Shown piece by piece: positions 18,615 to 28,517 of a stretch of DNA of 57,318 bases. Origin of the DNA: a virus (lineage: Duplodnaviria > Caudoviricetes); the IMG/VR virus record IMGVR_UViG_3300020182_000041, positions 1-57,318 of that record. One strand, given 5' to 3'. Below the pieces are notes generated by a model, which ran no database searches, was not told the DNA's origin, and saw only the letters and a list, made by a program, of their open reading frames with translations. A program made the translations under genes and the position numbers. Each line of letters begins with the position of its first letter. The stretch's first letter is position 1.

Positions 18615-20827
18615 TGTACGAACAAACATTATATAAGATTGTAACTCCTGTAAAGCTTACTACAATATCAAGACTCAACAAAGCTAAAAAATGGGAGTAT
18701 GGTTATAACAAAGAACACGACATCGTTGTTATAAGTAAGACTGGGCAAATTGGTGAAATATACAATATACAGAACTTAAAAATAGCTTTACCAAAAGCAC
18801 CGCCTAGTGTAGATAAATCAAATAAAAAATGGACACCTGAAGAATACCCTAAAGAATTAAAATCAATTGAAAGTATATTCGATTGGAGGGATTATCCAGA
18901 GTCATTTAAGCTAAAATGGGAAAGTTATATAGATGAACAATTTAACAAAAGAGAAAACGGTCACTGGTTCAATAATAAGGGCTTGGATACTTACATTACT
19001 GGTACTCACTTTATGTACTTGCAGTGGTCCAAGATTGATGTTGGGCAGCCAGATTTTAGGGAATCAAACAGATTATTCTACATCTTCTGGGAAGCTTGTA
19101 AAGCAGACACCCGTTGTTATGGAATGTCATATCTCAAGAATAGACGTTCAGGCTTTTCATTCATGGCGTCTGGGGAAACGGTTAATATGGCAACAATATC
19201 GTCCGACTCACGCTTTGGGATTTTGTCCAAATCTGGAGCCGATGCTAAGAAAATGTTCACAGATAAGGTTGTACCCATTAGTGTTAACTACCCGTTTTTC
19301 TTTAAACCGATCCAGGACGGTATGGACAGGCCAAAGACGGAACTTGCCTACAGGGTCCCCGCATCAAAGCTTACTCGTAAGTCCATCACCAAAGCCGTTA
19401 GGCCCGAGACCCTTGACGGTCTTGATACCACCGTCGATTGGAAAAACACCGGTGATAACGCATACGATGGAGAAAAACTAAAACTACTAGTACATGATGA
19501 AAGTGGCAAGTGGGAGAAACCGAATAATATATTAAATAACTGGCGAGTTACAAAAACGTGTTTAAGATTAGGTTCTAGAATTATTGGAAAATGTATGATG
19601 GGTTCAACCTCAAATGCATTAGATAAAGGAGGAGACAATTTTAAAAAACTATATAACAATTCAGATGTTATTAAAAGAAATAGGAATGGCCAAACCGCTT
19701 CAGGTTTATATTCTTTGTTTATTCCTATGGAATGGAATTATGAAGGATTTATTGATGAGTATGGGCATCCTGTATTTAATACCCCTAAAGAACCTGTACT
19801 AGGCCCATACGGCGACGTTATAGACATCGGGGTTATAGAGCACTGGAATAATGAGGCAGAAGGATTAAAGTCCGACCAGGACGCTCTAAATGAATTTTAT
19901 AGACAATTTCCTAGAACAGAAGAACACGCTTTTAGGGATGAAACAAAAAATAGTATATTTAATTTAGTTAAAATATACGAACAAATAGATTACAACGAAG
20001 ATTTAGGTAATACAAATGTATTAACAAGAGGAAGCTTTCAATGGGTAAATGGAATAAAAGATTCTACGGTGAAATTTTCACCTAATCCATCTGGAAGATT
20101 TTTAGTATCTTGGGTTCCCGGGGAGCACTTACAAAATAAACAAGTTGTTAATAAAGGATTGAAAGCCCCAGGTAATGATCATATGGGCGCATTTGGTTGT
20201 GATAGTTATGATATATCAGGAACAACAGATGGGCACGGATCTAAAGGAGCTTTACACGGTTTGACAAAATTCAGTTTAGAAGACGCTCCAGCTAATACGT
20301 TCTTTTTAGAATATATAGCTAGGCCACAAACCGCAGAGATATTTTTTGAAGATGTATTAATGGCTTGTATATTTTATGGAATGCCTTTATTATGTGAAAA
20401 CAATAAACCTAGATTATTGTATTATTTTAAAAGAAGAGGATACAGAGGGTATTCAATGAATAGACCTGACAAAGTGTGGAACAAATTATCTGTAACTGAA
20501 AGAGAAATTGGTGGAATGCCTAACTCTAGTGAAGATATAAAACAAGCACACGCGGCAGCTATCGAAACATATATAGACAAACACGTAGGTTTACGTGAAG
20601 ATGGTCAGTACGGTGCAATGTATTTTAATACTACTTTAAATGATTGGGCTGGTTTTGATATAAATAAAAGAACAAAGTTTGATGCAGCTATAAGTTCTGG
20701 CTTAGCTATAATGGCTTGTAATAGACATTTATATTATCCCAGACCTCAAGTACAAAAAGAAACAATAAGTTTAAAAATAGCTAAATACACCAACCAAGGT
20801 GGTTTATCAAAATTAATAGAAAAATAA
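18614..20827 (+). CDS. terL: Terminase large subunit
   Basis: Walker A variant KNRRSGFS, Walker B LLVHDE, coupling motif MGST, nuclease FGCDSYD...CENN...FD. Confidence 0.9.
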   Translation: MYEQTLYKIVTPVKLTTISRLNKAKKWEYGYNKEHDIVVISKTGQIGEIYNIQNLKIALPKAPPSVDKSNKKWTPEEYPKELKSIESIFDWRDYPESFKLKWESYIDEQFNKRENGHWFNNKGLDTYITGTHFMYLQWSKIDVGQPDFRESNRLFYIFWEACKADTRCYGMSYLKNRRSGFSFMASGETVNMATISSDSRFGILSKSGADAKKMFTDKVVPISVNYPFFFKPIQDGMDRPKTELAYRVPASKLTRKSITKAVRPETLDGLDTTVDWKNTGDNAYDGEKLKLLVHDESGKWEKPNNILNNWRVTKTCLRLGSRIIGKCMMGSTSNALDKGGDNFKKLYNNSDVIKRNRNGQTASGLYSLFIPMEWNYEGFIDEYGHPVFNTPKEPVLGPYGDVIDIGVIEHWNNEAEGLKSDQDALNEFYRQFPRTEEHAFRDETKNSIFNLVKIYEQIDYNEDLGNTNVLTRGSFQWVNGIKDSTVKFSPNPSGRFLVSWVPGEHLQNKQVVNKGLKAPGNDHMGAFGCDSYDISGTTDGHGSKGALHGLTKFSLEDAPANTFFLEYIARPQTAEIFFEDVLMACIFYGMPLLCENNKPRLLYYFKRRGYRGYSMNRPDKVWNKLSVTEREIGGMPNSSEDIKQAHAAAIETYIDKHVGLREDGQYGAMYFNTTLNDWAGFDINKRTKFDAAISSGLAIMACNRHLYYPRPQVQKETISLKIAKYTNQGGLSKLIEK

Positions 20828-20831
20828 AAAT

Positions 20832-23264
20832 ATGGCTGAGTCAGTTATAACAAGTTATTTTCCAAGCCAAGTAGCTAGCGATGCGGAGAAGATGTCCATG
20901 GATTATGGTACTACTGTAGGTAGAGCTATAGAAAGTGAGTGGTTCAATAATACCAATGGAGGTAATAGCAGTAGGTTTCAAAGCAACCAAGTTACTTTTC
21001 ACAATTTAAGATTATACGCTAGAGGCGAACAACCTATACAAAAATATAAAGATGAGTTATCTATAAACGGTGATTTATCTTATTTGAATTTGGATTGGAA
21101 ACCTGTGCCTATTATACCTAAATTTGTAGATATAGTAGTTAACGGTATTTCTGATAGATTATTTGATATAAGAGCTTATTCACAGGATCCTTATGGGGTG
21201 GATAAACGTACAAGATACATGGAGTCTTTAATAAGAGACATGCAAACTAAAGAGCTTAATGAATTTGCTTCTGCTGAGTTTGGTGTTAACTTATTTGAAA
21301 ATGATCCTGAAACATTACCTAAAAATAAAGAAGAGTTAGATCTTCACATGCAACTTACTTATAAACAACAAGTTGAGATTGCAGAAGAGCAAGCAATCAA
21401 AGTCTTATTAGATGGTAATAATTATGACTTAATAAAAAGACGTTGTAATTATGATTTAACCACTATAGGTATTGGTGCTGTAAAAAATGTTTTTACAAAA
21501 TCAGAAGGAGCTAAAGTAGAATATGTGGACCCTGTTAACTTAGTTTGGTCATATACAGATTCACCTTACTTTGACGATATATATTATGTAGGAGAAGTAA
21601 GATCAGTACACTTAAATGAACTTAAAAAAGAATTCCCTTGGCTTACCAATGAGGAATTAAAAGATATTGCTGGGCAGTCAGTTAGTAACAACGGTTTTTA
21701 CAATAGATCTATTAGTAACGTAAATCAAGATGATTCTAATACAGTACAGGTATTGTATTTTAATTACAAAACATTTACTAATGAAGTTTATAAAGTAAAA
21801 GAAACCGCAACTGGAGCAGCAAAAATAATACCTAAAGATGATCAATTCAATCCGCCACCTGAATTATATGAAGAGTATGGTATTGAAAAGTTATCTAAAT
21901 CTCTTGAAGTATTATACGAGGGAGTAAAGATTGTTGGGGGAAGAATGCTTAAATGGGAACTTGCTAAAAATATGATTAGACCAAAGAGTGATTACTCTAA
22001 AGTCAAAATGAATTATAGCATGGTTGCTCCTAGAATGTATCGAGGTAGAATAGAATCTATAGTAAGTCGTATAACGGGATTTGCAGATATGATTCAATTA
22101 ACTCATTTAAAACTACAGCAAGTAATGTCAAGAATGGTTCCAGACGGAGTTTACCTTGATGCTGATGGTTTAGCTGAGGTTGATTTAGGTAACGGTACAA
22201 ATTACAATCCGCAAGAAGCACTTAATATGTTTTTTCAAACAGGTTCTGTAATAGGTAGATCATTTACACAAGACGGCGATATGAATCCTGGCAAAGTTCC
22301 TATTCAAGAAATAACTACAGGAGCTGGAGGAGGTAAAATGCAATCACTAATTGGTAATTACAATTACTACATGCAAATGATTCGTGACGTAACCGGATTG
22401 AATGAAGCTAGAGATGGAAGTACTCCTGATTCTAGAGCATTAGTTGGCGTGCAAAAAATGGCAGCAGCAAATTCAAATGTAGCAACAAGGCATATATTAG
22501 ATGGAAGTTTGTTTTTAACATCGGACTTATGTGAAGGGTTATCATTAAGAATTTCAGATATATTAGAATATTCTCCAACAAGAGAAGCTTTTATACATAA
22601 AATAGGTAATCAAAATGTAGCTGTATTAGAAGAAATGAAAGATTTGTATCTTTATGATTTTGGTATATTTATTGAGTTACAACCAGACGAAGAAGAAAGA
22701 GCTGTGTTAGAAAACAATATACAAGCAGCTGTACAAAGTGGATTAATTGATTTATCTGATGCTATTGATTTAAGAGAAATTAAAAATCTTAAACTAGCTA
22801 ACCAATTATTAAAAATAAGAAGGATAGACAAGCAAAAGAAAGATCAAGAAATACAACAACAAAATATACAAGCACAAGCTCAAGCAAATGCTCAAGCTCA
22901 ACAAGTAGCTGCTCAAGCGGAAGTTCAAAAAGGACAAGCTTTGATTCAGCAAAAAATAGAGTTAGCAAATGCCCAAGCGCAAATAGATACTCAAAAATTA
23001 ATGCAAGAAGCTACTTTAAAGAAAGAGTTAATGCAATTAGAATTTGAAATGAACTTGCAGCTTAAAGGTTTAGAAGTGCAGGGGCGAAAATCAGAGATAG
23101 TAGACAAAGAAGATAGAAAAGACGATAGAACAAAACTTCAAGCTACACAACAAAGTGAATTAATACAACAAAGACAAAACAATTTACCAGCTCAAGACTT
23201 CGAGTCAAGTGGGTTCGATACAATGGGCGGTGGATTTAACTTAGGTTCGTCAGACCCTAGGTAA
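20832..23264 (+). CDS. Portal protein
   Basis: Follows terL; PIIPKFVDIVV, VTGLNEARDG; Gln-rich C-terminal coiled coil (podoviral barrel). Confidence 0.85.
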   Translation: MAESVITSYFPSQVASDAEKMSMDYGTTVGRAIESEWFNNTNGGNSSRFQSNQVTFHNLRLYARGEQPIQKYKDELSINGDLSYLNLDWKPVPIIPKFVDIVVNGISDRLFDIRAYSQDPYGVDKRTRYMESLIRDMQTKELNEFASAEFGVNLFENDPETLPKNKEELDLHMQLTYKQQVEIAEEQAIKVLLDGNNYDLIKRRCNYDLTTIGIGAVKNVFTKSEGAKVEYVDPVNLVWSYTDSPYFDDIYYVGEVRSVHLNELKKEFPWLTNEELKDIAGQSVSNNGFYNRSISNVNQDDSNTVQVLYFNYKTFTNEVYKVKETATGAAKIIPKDDQFNPPPELYEEYGIEKLSKSLEVLYEGVKIVGGRMLKWELAKNMIRPKSDYSKVKMNYSMVAPRMYRGRIESIVSRITGFADMIQLTHLKLQQVMSRMVPDGVYLDADGLAEVDLGNGTNYNPQEALNMFFQTGSVIGRSFTQDGDMNPGKVPIQEITTGAGGGKMQSLIGNYNYYMQMIRDVTGLNEARDGSTPDSRALVGVQKMAAANSNVATRHILDGSLFLTSDLCEGLSLRISDILEYSPTREAFIHKIGNQNVAVLEEMKDLYLYDFGIFIELQPDEEERAVLENNIQAAVQSGLIDLSDAIDLREIKNLKLANQLLKIRRIDKQKKDQEIQQQNIQAQAQANAQAQQVAAQAEVQKGQALIQQKIELANAQAQIDTQKLMQEATLKKELMQLEFEMNLQLKGLEVQGRKSEIVDKEDRKDDRTKLQATQQSELIQQRQNNLPAQDFESSGFDTMGGGFNLGSSDPR

Positions 23265-23296
23265 TAATAATAGTAACAATTATATAATATTTTATC

Positions 23297-24463
23297 ATGT
23301 CAGAAGAATTAGAACAAGAAGTACCCGTTGTTGAGGAAGTCAAAGCGGAAGAGCCTAAACCTGTGTCAGTTGACGACGGGGTTATTAAGGTTGACTTAGG
23401 ATTATTAAACAAACCAGAAACTGATGCCATTCCAGAGCAAGAAACAAATGCAGTGGATGATGATCAACCGGCCGCGATTAGCGAAGAAGTGGTTGAAGAA
23501 ATACCACAACAACAAGAGCCCGTTCAAGATGAACAACCCGTTCTTGAAGAAATAGTAAACGAAGAAGTAGCTGAACAAGTTGAAGAACTTAACGAACAAG
23601 TTGAGCAAGCTATAGTTGAAGCGGATGCTGGTATTGCATTACCGGATAATATTCAAAAAGTGGTTGAGTTTATGAATGAGACTGGGGGGAGTTTACAAGA
23701 TTACGTAAAACTTAACACCGATTATGCTTCATTGAATGAAACACAACTACTAAGAGAATTTTATGAAACTACTAAACCTCATTTAGATAGGGAAGAAATT
23801 GATTTTATAATGGAAGACAATTTTTCTTACGACGAAGAGGTTGATGAAGATAGAGACATTCGAAGAAAAAAGTTAGCTAGAAAAGAAGAGCTAGCAAAAG
23901 CTAAAAATCACTTAGATGGATTAAAATCTAGGTATTACGAAGAAATAAAAGCTGGGTCTAATTTAAACCCAGAAACAAAAAAAGCGGTTGACTTTTTCAA
24001 TCGTTATAAAAAAGAAAACGAAGAAGCGAGTAAAGTAGCTGAAAACCAAGTATCTGTATTTAACAGTAAAACAGAAAAGCTTTTTTCCAATGATTTCAAA
24101 GGTTTTGATTTCAATGTTGGTGAAAAGAAATTTCGTTACAGAGTTAAAAATGCGGATCAGGTTAAAGACACTCAAGGCGATATCAATAATTTTGTCAAGA
24201 AGTTCTTGAACGATAAAAATGAAATGAGCGACGCCGCGGGATATCACAAGTCTTTATTTACAGCTATGAATGCAGACGCAATTGCAAATCACTTTTATGA
24301 GCAAGGTAAAACCGATGCTATGAAAGCAAGTGTACAAAAATCGAAGAATATTGATATGGACCCAAGGGGTGTTCATGAAAACGTCAAGCCGACTTCGGGA
24401 ATGTCATTTAAGTCAATTAAGTCTGGTGGAACTTCTAAGTTTGGAGTAAAAACAAGAAATTAA
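23297..24463 (+). CDS. Putative capsid scaffolding protein
   Basis: Very acidic N-terminus, helical; lies between portal and capsid genes. Confidence 0.65.
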   Translation: MSEELEQEVPVVEEVKAEEPKPVSVDDGVIKVDLGLLNKPETDAIPEQETNAVDDDQPAAISEEVVEEIPQQQEPVQDEQPVLEEIVNEEVAEQVEELNEQVEQAIVEADAGIALPDNIQKVVEFMNETGGSLQDYVKLNTDYASLNETQLLREFYETTKPHLDREEIDFIMEDNFSYDEEVDEDRDIRRKKLARKEELAKAKNHLDGLKSRYYEEIKAGSNLNPETKKAVDFFNRYKKENEEASKVAENQVSVFNSKTEKLFSNDFKGFDFNVGEKKFRYRVKNADQVKDTQGDINNFVKKFLNDKNEMSDAAGYHKSLFTAMNADAIANHFYEQGKTDAMKASVQKSKNIDMDPRGVHENVKPTSGMSFKSIKSGGTSKFGVKTRN

Positions 24464-24482
24464 AATTTAAAAATTAAAAATT

Positions 24483-25907
24483 ATGGCATTAGGATCATTT
24501 ACAGGAAGTGCTGGCGCATTGGCGCATTTAACACCACGACCTACACAAACGTTGTTTAACGACAACTACCTGTCTTTATCAGACATGGATTTTACACAAC
24601 AGTTCTTACCAGAAGTATATGAGAAAGAAGTAGAAAGATACGGAAACCGTACTATCTCTGGATTCTTACGTATGGTAGGAGCAGAAATGCCTATGGCTTC
24701 AGACGTAGTAGTATGGTCTGAGCAAGGTAGATTACACGCAGCTTATGACCCAGTAGAAACTACAGCTACTACAGTTATTATTCCAGCTAACGCAGCAGGA
24801 GCTTCTCAAAACGTTATTGGCCCAGGTGCTACTATCGTTATTGCTTCAGCAAACGGTTTAGTTGTGGAAAAAGCTTATGTATCTGCAGTATCTGCACCAG
24901 TGGCGGGAGTTGTTACATTAACTGTAGCTGGATATCAAGGAGCTATTACTGTTCACGCAGCAGCTAAGGTATTCGTATACGGTTCTGAATATGCAAAAGG
25001 GACTTCTAATGCAGGAACTTCTGTTGATGCATCTTTCGAGCAATTTAGTAACAAACCAATTATCTTAAGAGATAAGTACAATGTGAACGGTTCTGATACC
25101 GCTCAAATTGGATGGGTTGAAGTAACTACTGAAGCTGGTACTTCTGGATACTTATGGTATTTAAAATCTGAGCACGAAGCTAGAATTCGTTTTGAAGATC
25201 AATTAGAAATGAGTATGCTAGAGGCTGAAAAAGCAGCGTCACCAATTACGCCAGCTGACTTTGGAACTTCAGCAGGAACTCAACTTACTGGTTCTGACGG
25301 ATTATTCTCAGCTCTAGAAGATAGAGGATTAGTTTATTCAGATCAAGATTTTGGTGGTGCTGATGGACTTGCAGACTTTGACGTAATATTACAAGAATTA
25401 GATAAGCAAGGATCTATTGAAGAGAACATGATGTTCTTAAACAGATCAGCTTCTTTAGGGCTAGATAATATGTTAGCATCTGTTAATTCAGCTTACAGCA
25501 CAGGATCTTCTTATGGAGTATTTAATAACAGCTCTGAAATGGCATTGAACTTAGGGTTCTCTGGATTCAGAAGAGGTTCTTACGATTTCTATAAGACTGA
25601 CTGGAAATACTTAAACGACGCTACTACTCGTGGATTAGTTGGAGATATTGAAGGTGTATTAGTACCAGCAGGAACTTCTACAGTTTACGACCAGCAATTA
25701 GGACAGAACATTTCAAGACCATTCTTACACGTACGTTACAGAGCTTCTGAAGCAGACGATAGAAAAATGAAATCTTGGATCACTGGATCTGTTGGTGGAA
25801 ACTTTACAAGCGACGAGGATGCAATGAACGTTCACTTCTTATCAGAAAGATGTTTATGTGTACAAGCAGCTAATAACTTTGTGTTATTCAAAAAAATAGC
25901 AGCATAG
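24483..25907 (+). CDS. Major capsid protein
   Basis: 474 aa, position, high-expression codon usage, QQFLPEVYEKEVERYGNRT; followed by a hairpin. Confidence 0.8.
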   Translation: MALGSFTGSAGALAHLTPRPTQTLFNDNYLSLSDMDFTQQFLPEVYEKEVERYGNRTISGFLRMVGAEMPMASDVVVWSEQGRLHAAYDPVETTATTVIIPANAAGASQNVIGPGATIVIASANGLVVEKAYVSAVSAPVAGVVTLTVAGYQGAITVHAAAKVFVYGSEYAKGTSNAGTSVDASFEQFSNKPIILRDKYNVNGSDTAQIGWVEVTTEAGTSGYLWYLKSEHEARIRFEDQLEMSMLEAEKAASPITPADFGTSAGTQLTGSDGLFSALEDRGLVYSDQDFGGADGLADFDVILQELDKQGSIEENMMFLNRSASLGLDNMLASVNSAYSTGSSYGVFNNSSEMALNLGFSGFRRGSYDFYKTDWKYLNDATTRGLVGDIEGVLVPAGTSTVYDQQLGQNISRPFLHVRYRASEADDRKMKSWITGSVGGNFTSDEDAMNVHFLSERCLCVQAANNFVLFKKIAA

Positions 25908-25916
25908 TAAATTAAT

Positions 25917-25957
25917 GTAATTCTTACCCCTGTTGCATTGACAGGGGTAACTATTAC
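25917..25957 (+). terminator. Stem-loop after the capsid gene (terminator/attenuator or processing site)
   Basis: TTACCCCTGT (25924-33) / ACAGGGGTAA (25941-50) perfect inverted repeat; weak U-tract. Confidence 0.55.
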
Positions 25958-25987
25958 TCTTATAAAATTATTTAATCATATTATATC

Positions 25988-26800
25988 ATGGCAAAACAAG
26001 CTACAGCAAAGCAAGTTGAGGTTGCTCCTCAAGTAAAAGCAGTACCAAAAGCGGCTGCAAAACCACAATGGGAATACAAAGACAGAACGTACTTTTTAAT
26101 AACGGGTAAGTCTCCATTAATTTTTACAATACCTTCTAAGCATTCAAGAAACAAACCTTTATTATATTTTGATAAAGAATCTGGATATCAAAGAGAACTT
26201 AGATATGCTACCAATCAAAAAACACCTTTTGCAGATGAACAAAAAGGAGAAGCAACTTTAGGTAGAATAGTTATGAAAAACGGAACAATAACAGTTCCAA
26301 AAGAACAAGTTGCATTACAAAAATTATTATCATTATATCATCCACTTAAAGACAAGATTTACAAAGAGCTTAATAAAGAGCAAGATTCTGTAAATCAGAT
26401 TGATTGGATTGAATTGGAATTAGAGGCCCTTACGGCAGCTAAAAACCTTGATGTGGATCACGCAGAGGCTATATTAAGATCTGAATTTGGAGAAAAGGTT
26501 ACAAAGCTTTCATCTAATGAATTAAAAAGAGATCTAATGATATTTGCTAAGCAAAATCCAATATTATTTCTAGAGCTAGCGGCTGACGATCATATTCAGT
26601 TAAGAAATGTAGGAGCTAAAGCAGTAGAGGCAGGTATTTTAAGTTTATCTTCTGACCAACGTACATTTTCATATGGACAAGGTGGTAGAAAATTAATGAC
26701 AATACCTTTTGATGAACACCCTTATTCTGCATTAGCAGCTTACTTTAAGACTGATGATGGTATGGAAGTTTACAAAGCAATATTAAAGAAACTTAAATAA
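25988..26800 (+). CDS. Conserved hypothetical protein of the head gene block
   Basis: 270 aa ORF after capsid gene; RELRYATNQK motif. Confidence 0.7.
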   Translation: MAKQATAKQVEVAPQVKAVPKAAAKPQWEYKDRTYFLITGKSPLIFTIPSKHSRNKPLLYFDKESGYQRELRYATNQKTPFADEQKGEATLGRIVMKNGTITVPKEQVALQKLLSLYHPLKDKIYKELNKEQDSVNQIDWIELELEALTAAKNLDVDHAEAILRSEFGEKVTKLSSNELKRDLMIFAKQNPILFLELAADDHIQLRNVGAKAVEAGILSLSSDQRTFSYGQGGRKLMTIPFDEHPYSALAAYFKTDDGMEVYKAILKKLK

Positions 26801-26806
26801 GTTACC

Positions 26807-26849
26807 TTATAGTGGTTAGGCTACTGTAATCGTGGCCTAACTATTATAA
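26807..26849 (+). other. 18-bp RNA stem-loop
   Basis: TTATAGTGGTTAGGCTAC pairs with GTGGCCTAACTATTATAA using three G-U pairs; fully paired only on the + strand. Confidence 0.55.
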
Positions 26850-26867
26850 CAATAAAAAAATACAACA

Positions 26868-27599
26868 ATGGCAATAAGCGTAAATACTGTTTACCAAAGA
26901 GTACTAGGTGTGCTTAATAAAGAACAAAGAGGTTATGTAACTGCTCAAGAATTTAACTTATTCGCTAATCAAGCGCAGCAAGATTTATTTGAACAATACT
27001 TTTACGACATAAACCAATTTGGTAGAGTATCTGGTAATGATACTGAGTATTCCGACATGCTTACATTGCTTAATGAAAAAATAAATATATTTGAAACTAT
27101 TTCTGCGCCTACCAGACCTGCTAGTTATTTTATAGCACCCTCTGATATGTATAGACTAGGATCTATTGTTTATAAAAACACTACAACAAACTCATTTGGA
27201 ACATCTTCTACAGAGCAAATAGAAGCAGAGCGAATTAATGCTAATGAGTTTTTATACATTAATTCTTCTCCTTTAACTAAACCTACAAACACTCGACCTG
27301 TATTTGTTTCAAATGCAAGCGGTATAAAAATATATGCAAATTCAGAGGTTACCGACGTTGCTTTAGTGGACTACCAATACATAAAAAAGCCTGCAACAGT
27401 AAACTGGGCATATCAAATTGTATTTAACGAGCCTTTATATGACGCAAGTAATTCTGTGGATTTTGAACTGCATCCTGCAGATGAAGCTGATCTTGTTATA
27501 AAAATATTAGAATTAGCGGGTATATTAATAAAAGATTTAAACTTGTATCAAGTTATGAATCAAGAAGAACAAGAAACTATTCAACAAGAAAAAGCATAA
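26868..27599 (+). CDS. Putative head-tail adaptor/ring protein
   Basis: LNKEQRGYVT..EFN..A..AQ and YIKKP..VNW patterns; position. Confidence 0.6.
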   Translation: MAISVNTVYQRVLGVLNKEQRGYVTAQEFNLFANQAQQDLFEQYFYDINQFGRVSGNDTEYSDMLTLLNEKINIFETISAPTRPASYFIAPSDMYRLGSIVYKNTTTNSFGTSSTEQIEAERINANEFLYINSSPLTKPTNTRPVFVSNASGIKIYANSEVTDVALVDYQYIKKPATVNWAYQIVFNEPLYDASNSVDFELHPADEADLVIKILELAGILIKDLNLYQVMNQEEQETIQQEKA

Positions 27600-27602
27600 C
27601 AT

Positions 27603-28514
27603 ATGGCCTTACCTTTACAAACAGATGAACAATATTATTTAGGTCCCGATGGTATTTGGAATAGCTGGGATGAGGACTATGGTAACTATCAATTTACTAG
27701 TATAAAAGATATTATAAATAATTTTATTATATCATATGTAGGTGAAGAGAAGATTATACCTAAAGTAAAAAGAACAGATGTAGCATTCCACGCACAGCGC
27801 GGAGTTCAAGAATTTAGTTTTGATATATTACCTTCAGTTAAGAGTCAAGAAATAGAGATTGGTCCAAACCTAAACTTTGTTTTACCAAAAGACTATGTTA
27901 ACTATGTAAAGATTACATGGACTGACTCTAACGGTATTGAAAGAGTAGTATATCCTGCTATTAATACTAGTAATCCTTTCCCTATATTACAAGACTCTAA
28001 TTACGAATACTTATTCGATGAACAAGACGAAGAAATTGTGTCAGCTCAATCTTCGGAAACAAAAAAAAGATTTCAAACACCTATACAACCAGGCCAGAAC
28101 GAAAGAGATGTAATACCTACTGATTTAACTTTTTTAAATGATTATGGAAGAAGGTACGGTATATCTCCACAACAGGCACAAGTTAATGGGGTATTTTACA
28201 TTGACCAATTGCAAGGTATTATATTTTTTGATTCTTCATTTGTAAATAAGATAGTGACCTTAAAATATATATCAGACGGTATTGGTGGTTCTGATGAGGA
28301 TATGACCGTACATAAATTTGCTGAGGATGCTTTGTATAAGTATATTGCTTATGCAATACTATCTACTAGGGCTAATACACCTGAATATTTAGTTTCGAGA
28401 TTTAAAAGAGAACGATCAGCCGCTAAGCGAAATGCAAAATTAAGATTATCTAATATTAAGATAGAGGAAATTACACAAGTTATGCGTAATAAATCTAAGA
28501 TTATAAAACACTAA
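27603..28514 (+). CDS. Putative tail tubular/ring protein
   Basis: LPKDYVNY, LKYISDG; position before nozzle-like gene. Confidence 0.6.
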   Translation: MALPLQTDEQYYLGPDGIWNSWDEDYGNYQFTSIKDIINNFIISYVGEEKIIPKVKRTDVAFHAQRGVQEFSFDILPSVKSQEIEIGPNLNFVLPKDYVNYVKITWTDSNGIERVVYPAINTSNPFPILQDSNYEYLFDEQDEEIVSAQSSETKKRFQTPIQPGQNERDVIPTDLTFLNDYGRRYGISPQQAQVNGVFYIDQLQGIIFFDSSFVNKIVTLKYISDGIGGSDEDMTVHKFAEDALYKYIAYAILSTRANTPEYLVSRFKRERSAAKRNAKLRLSNIKIEEITQVMRNKSKIIKH

Positions 28515-28517
28515 TAT

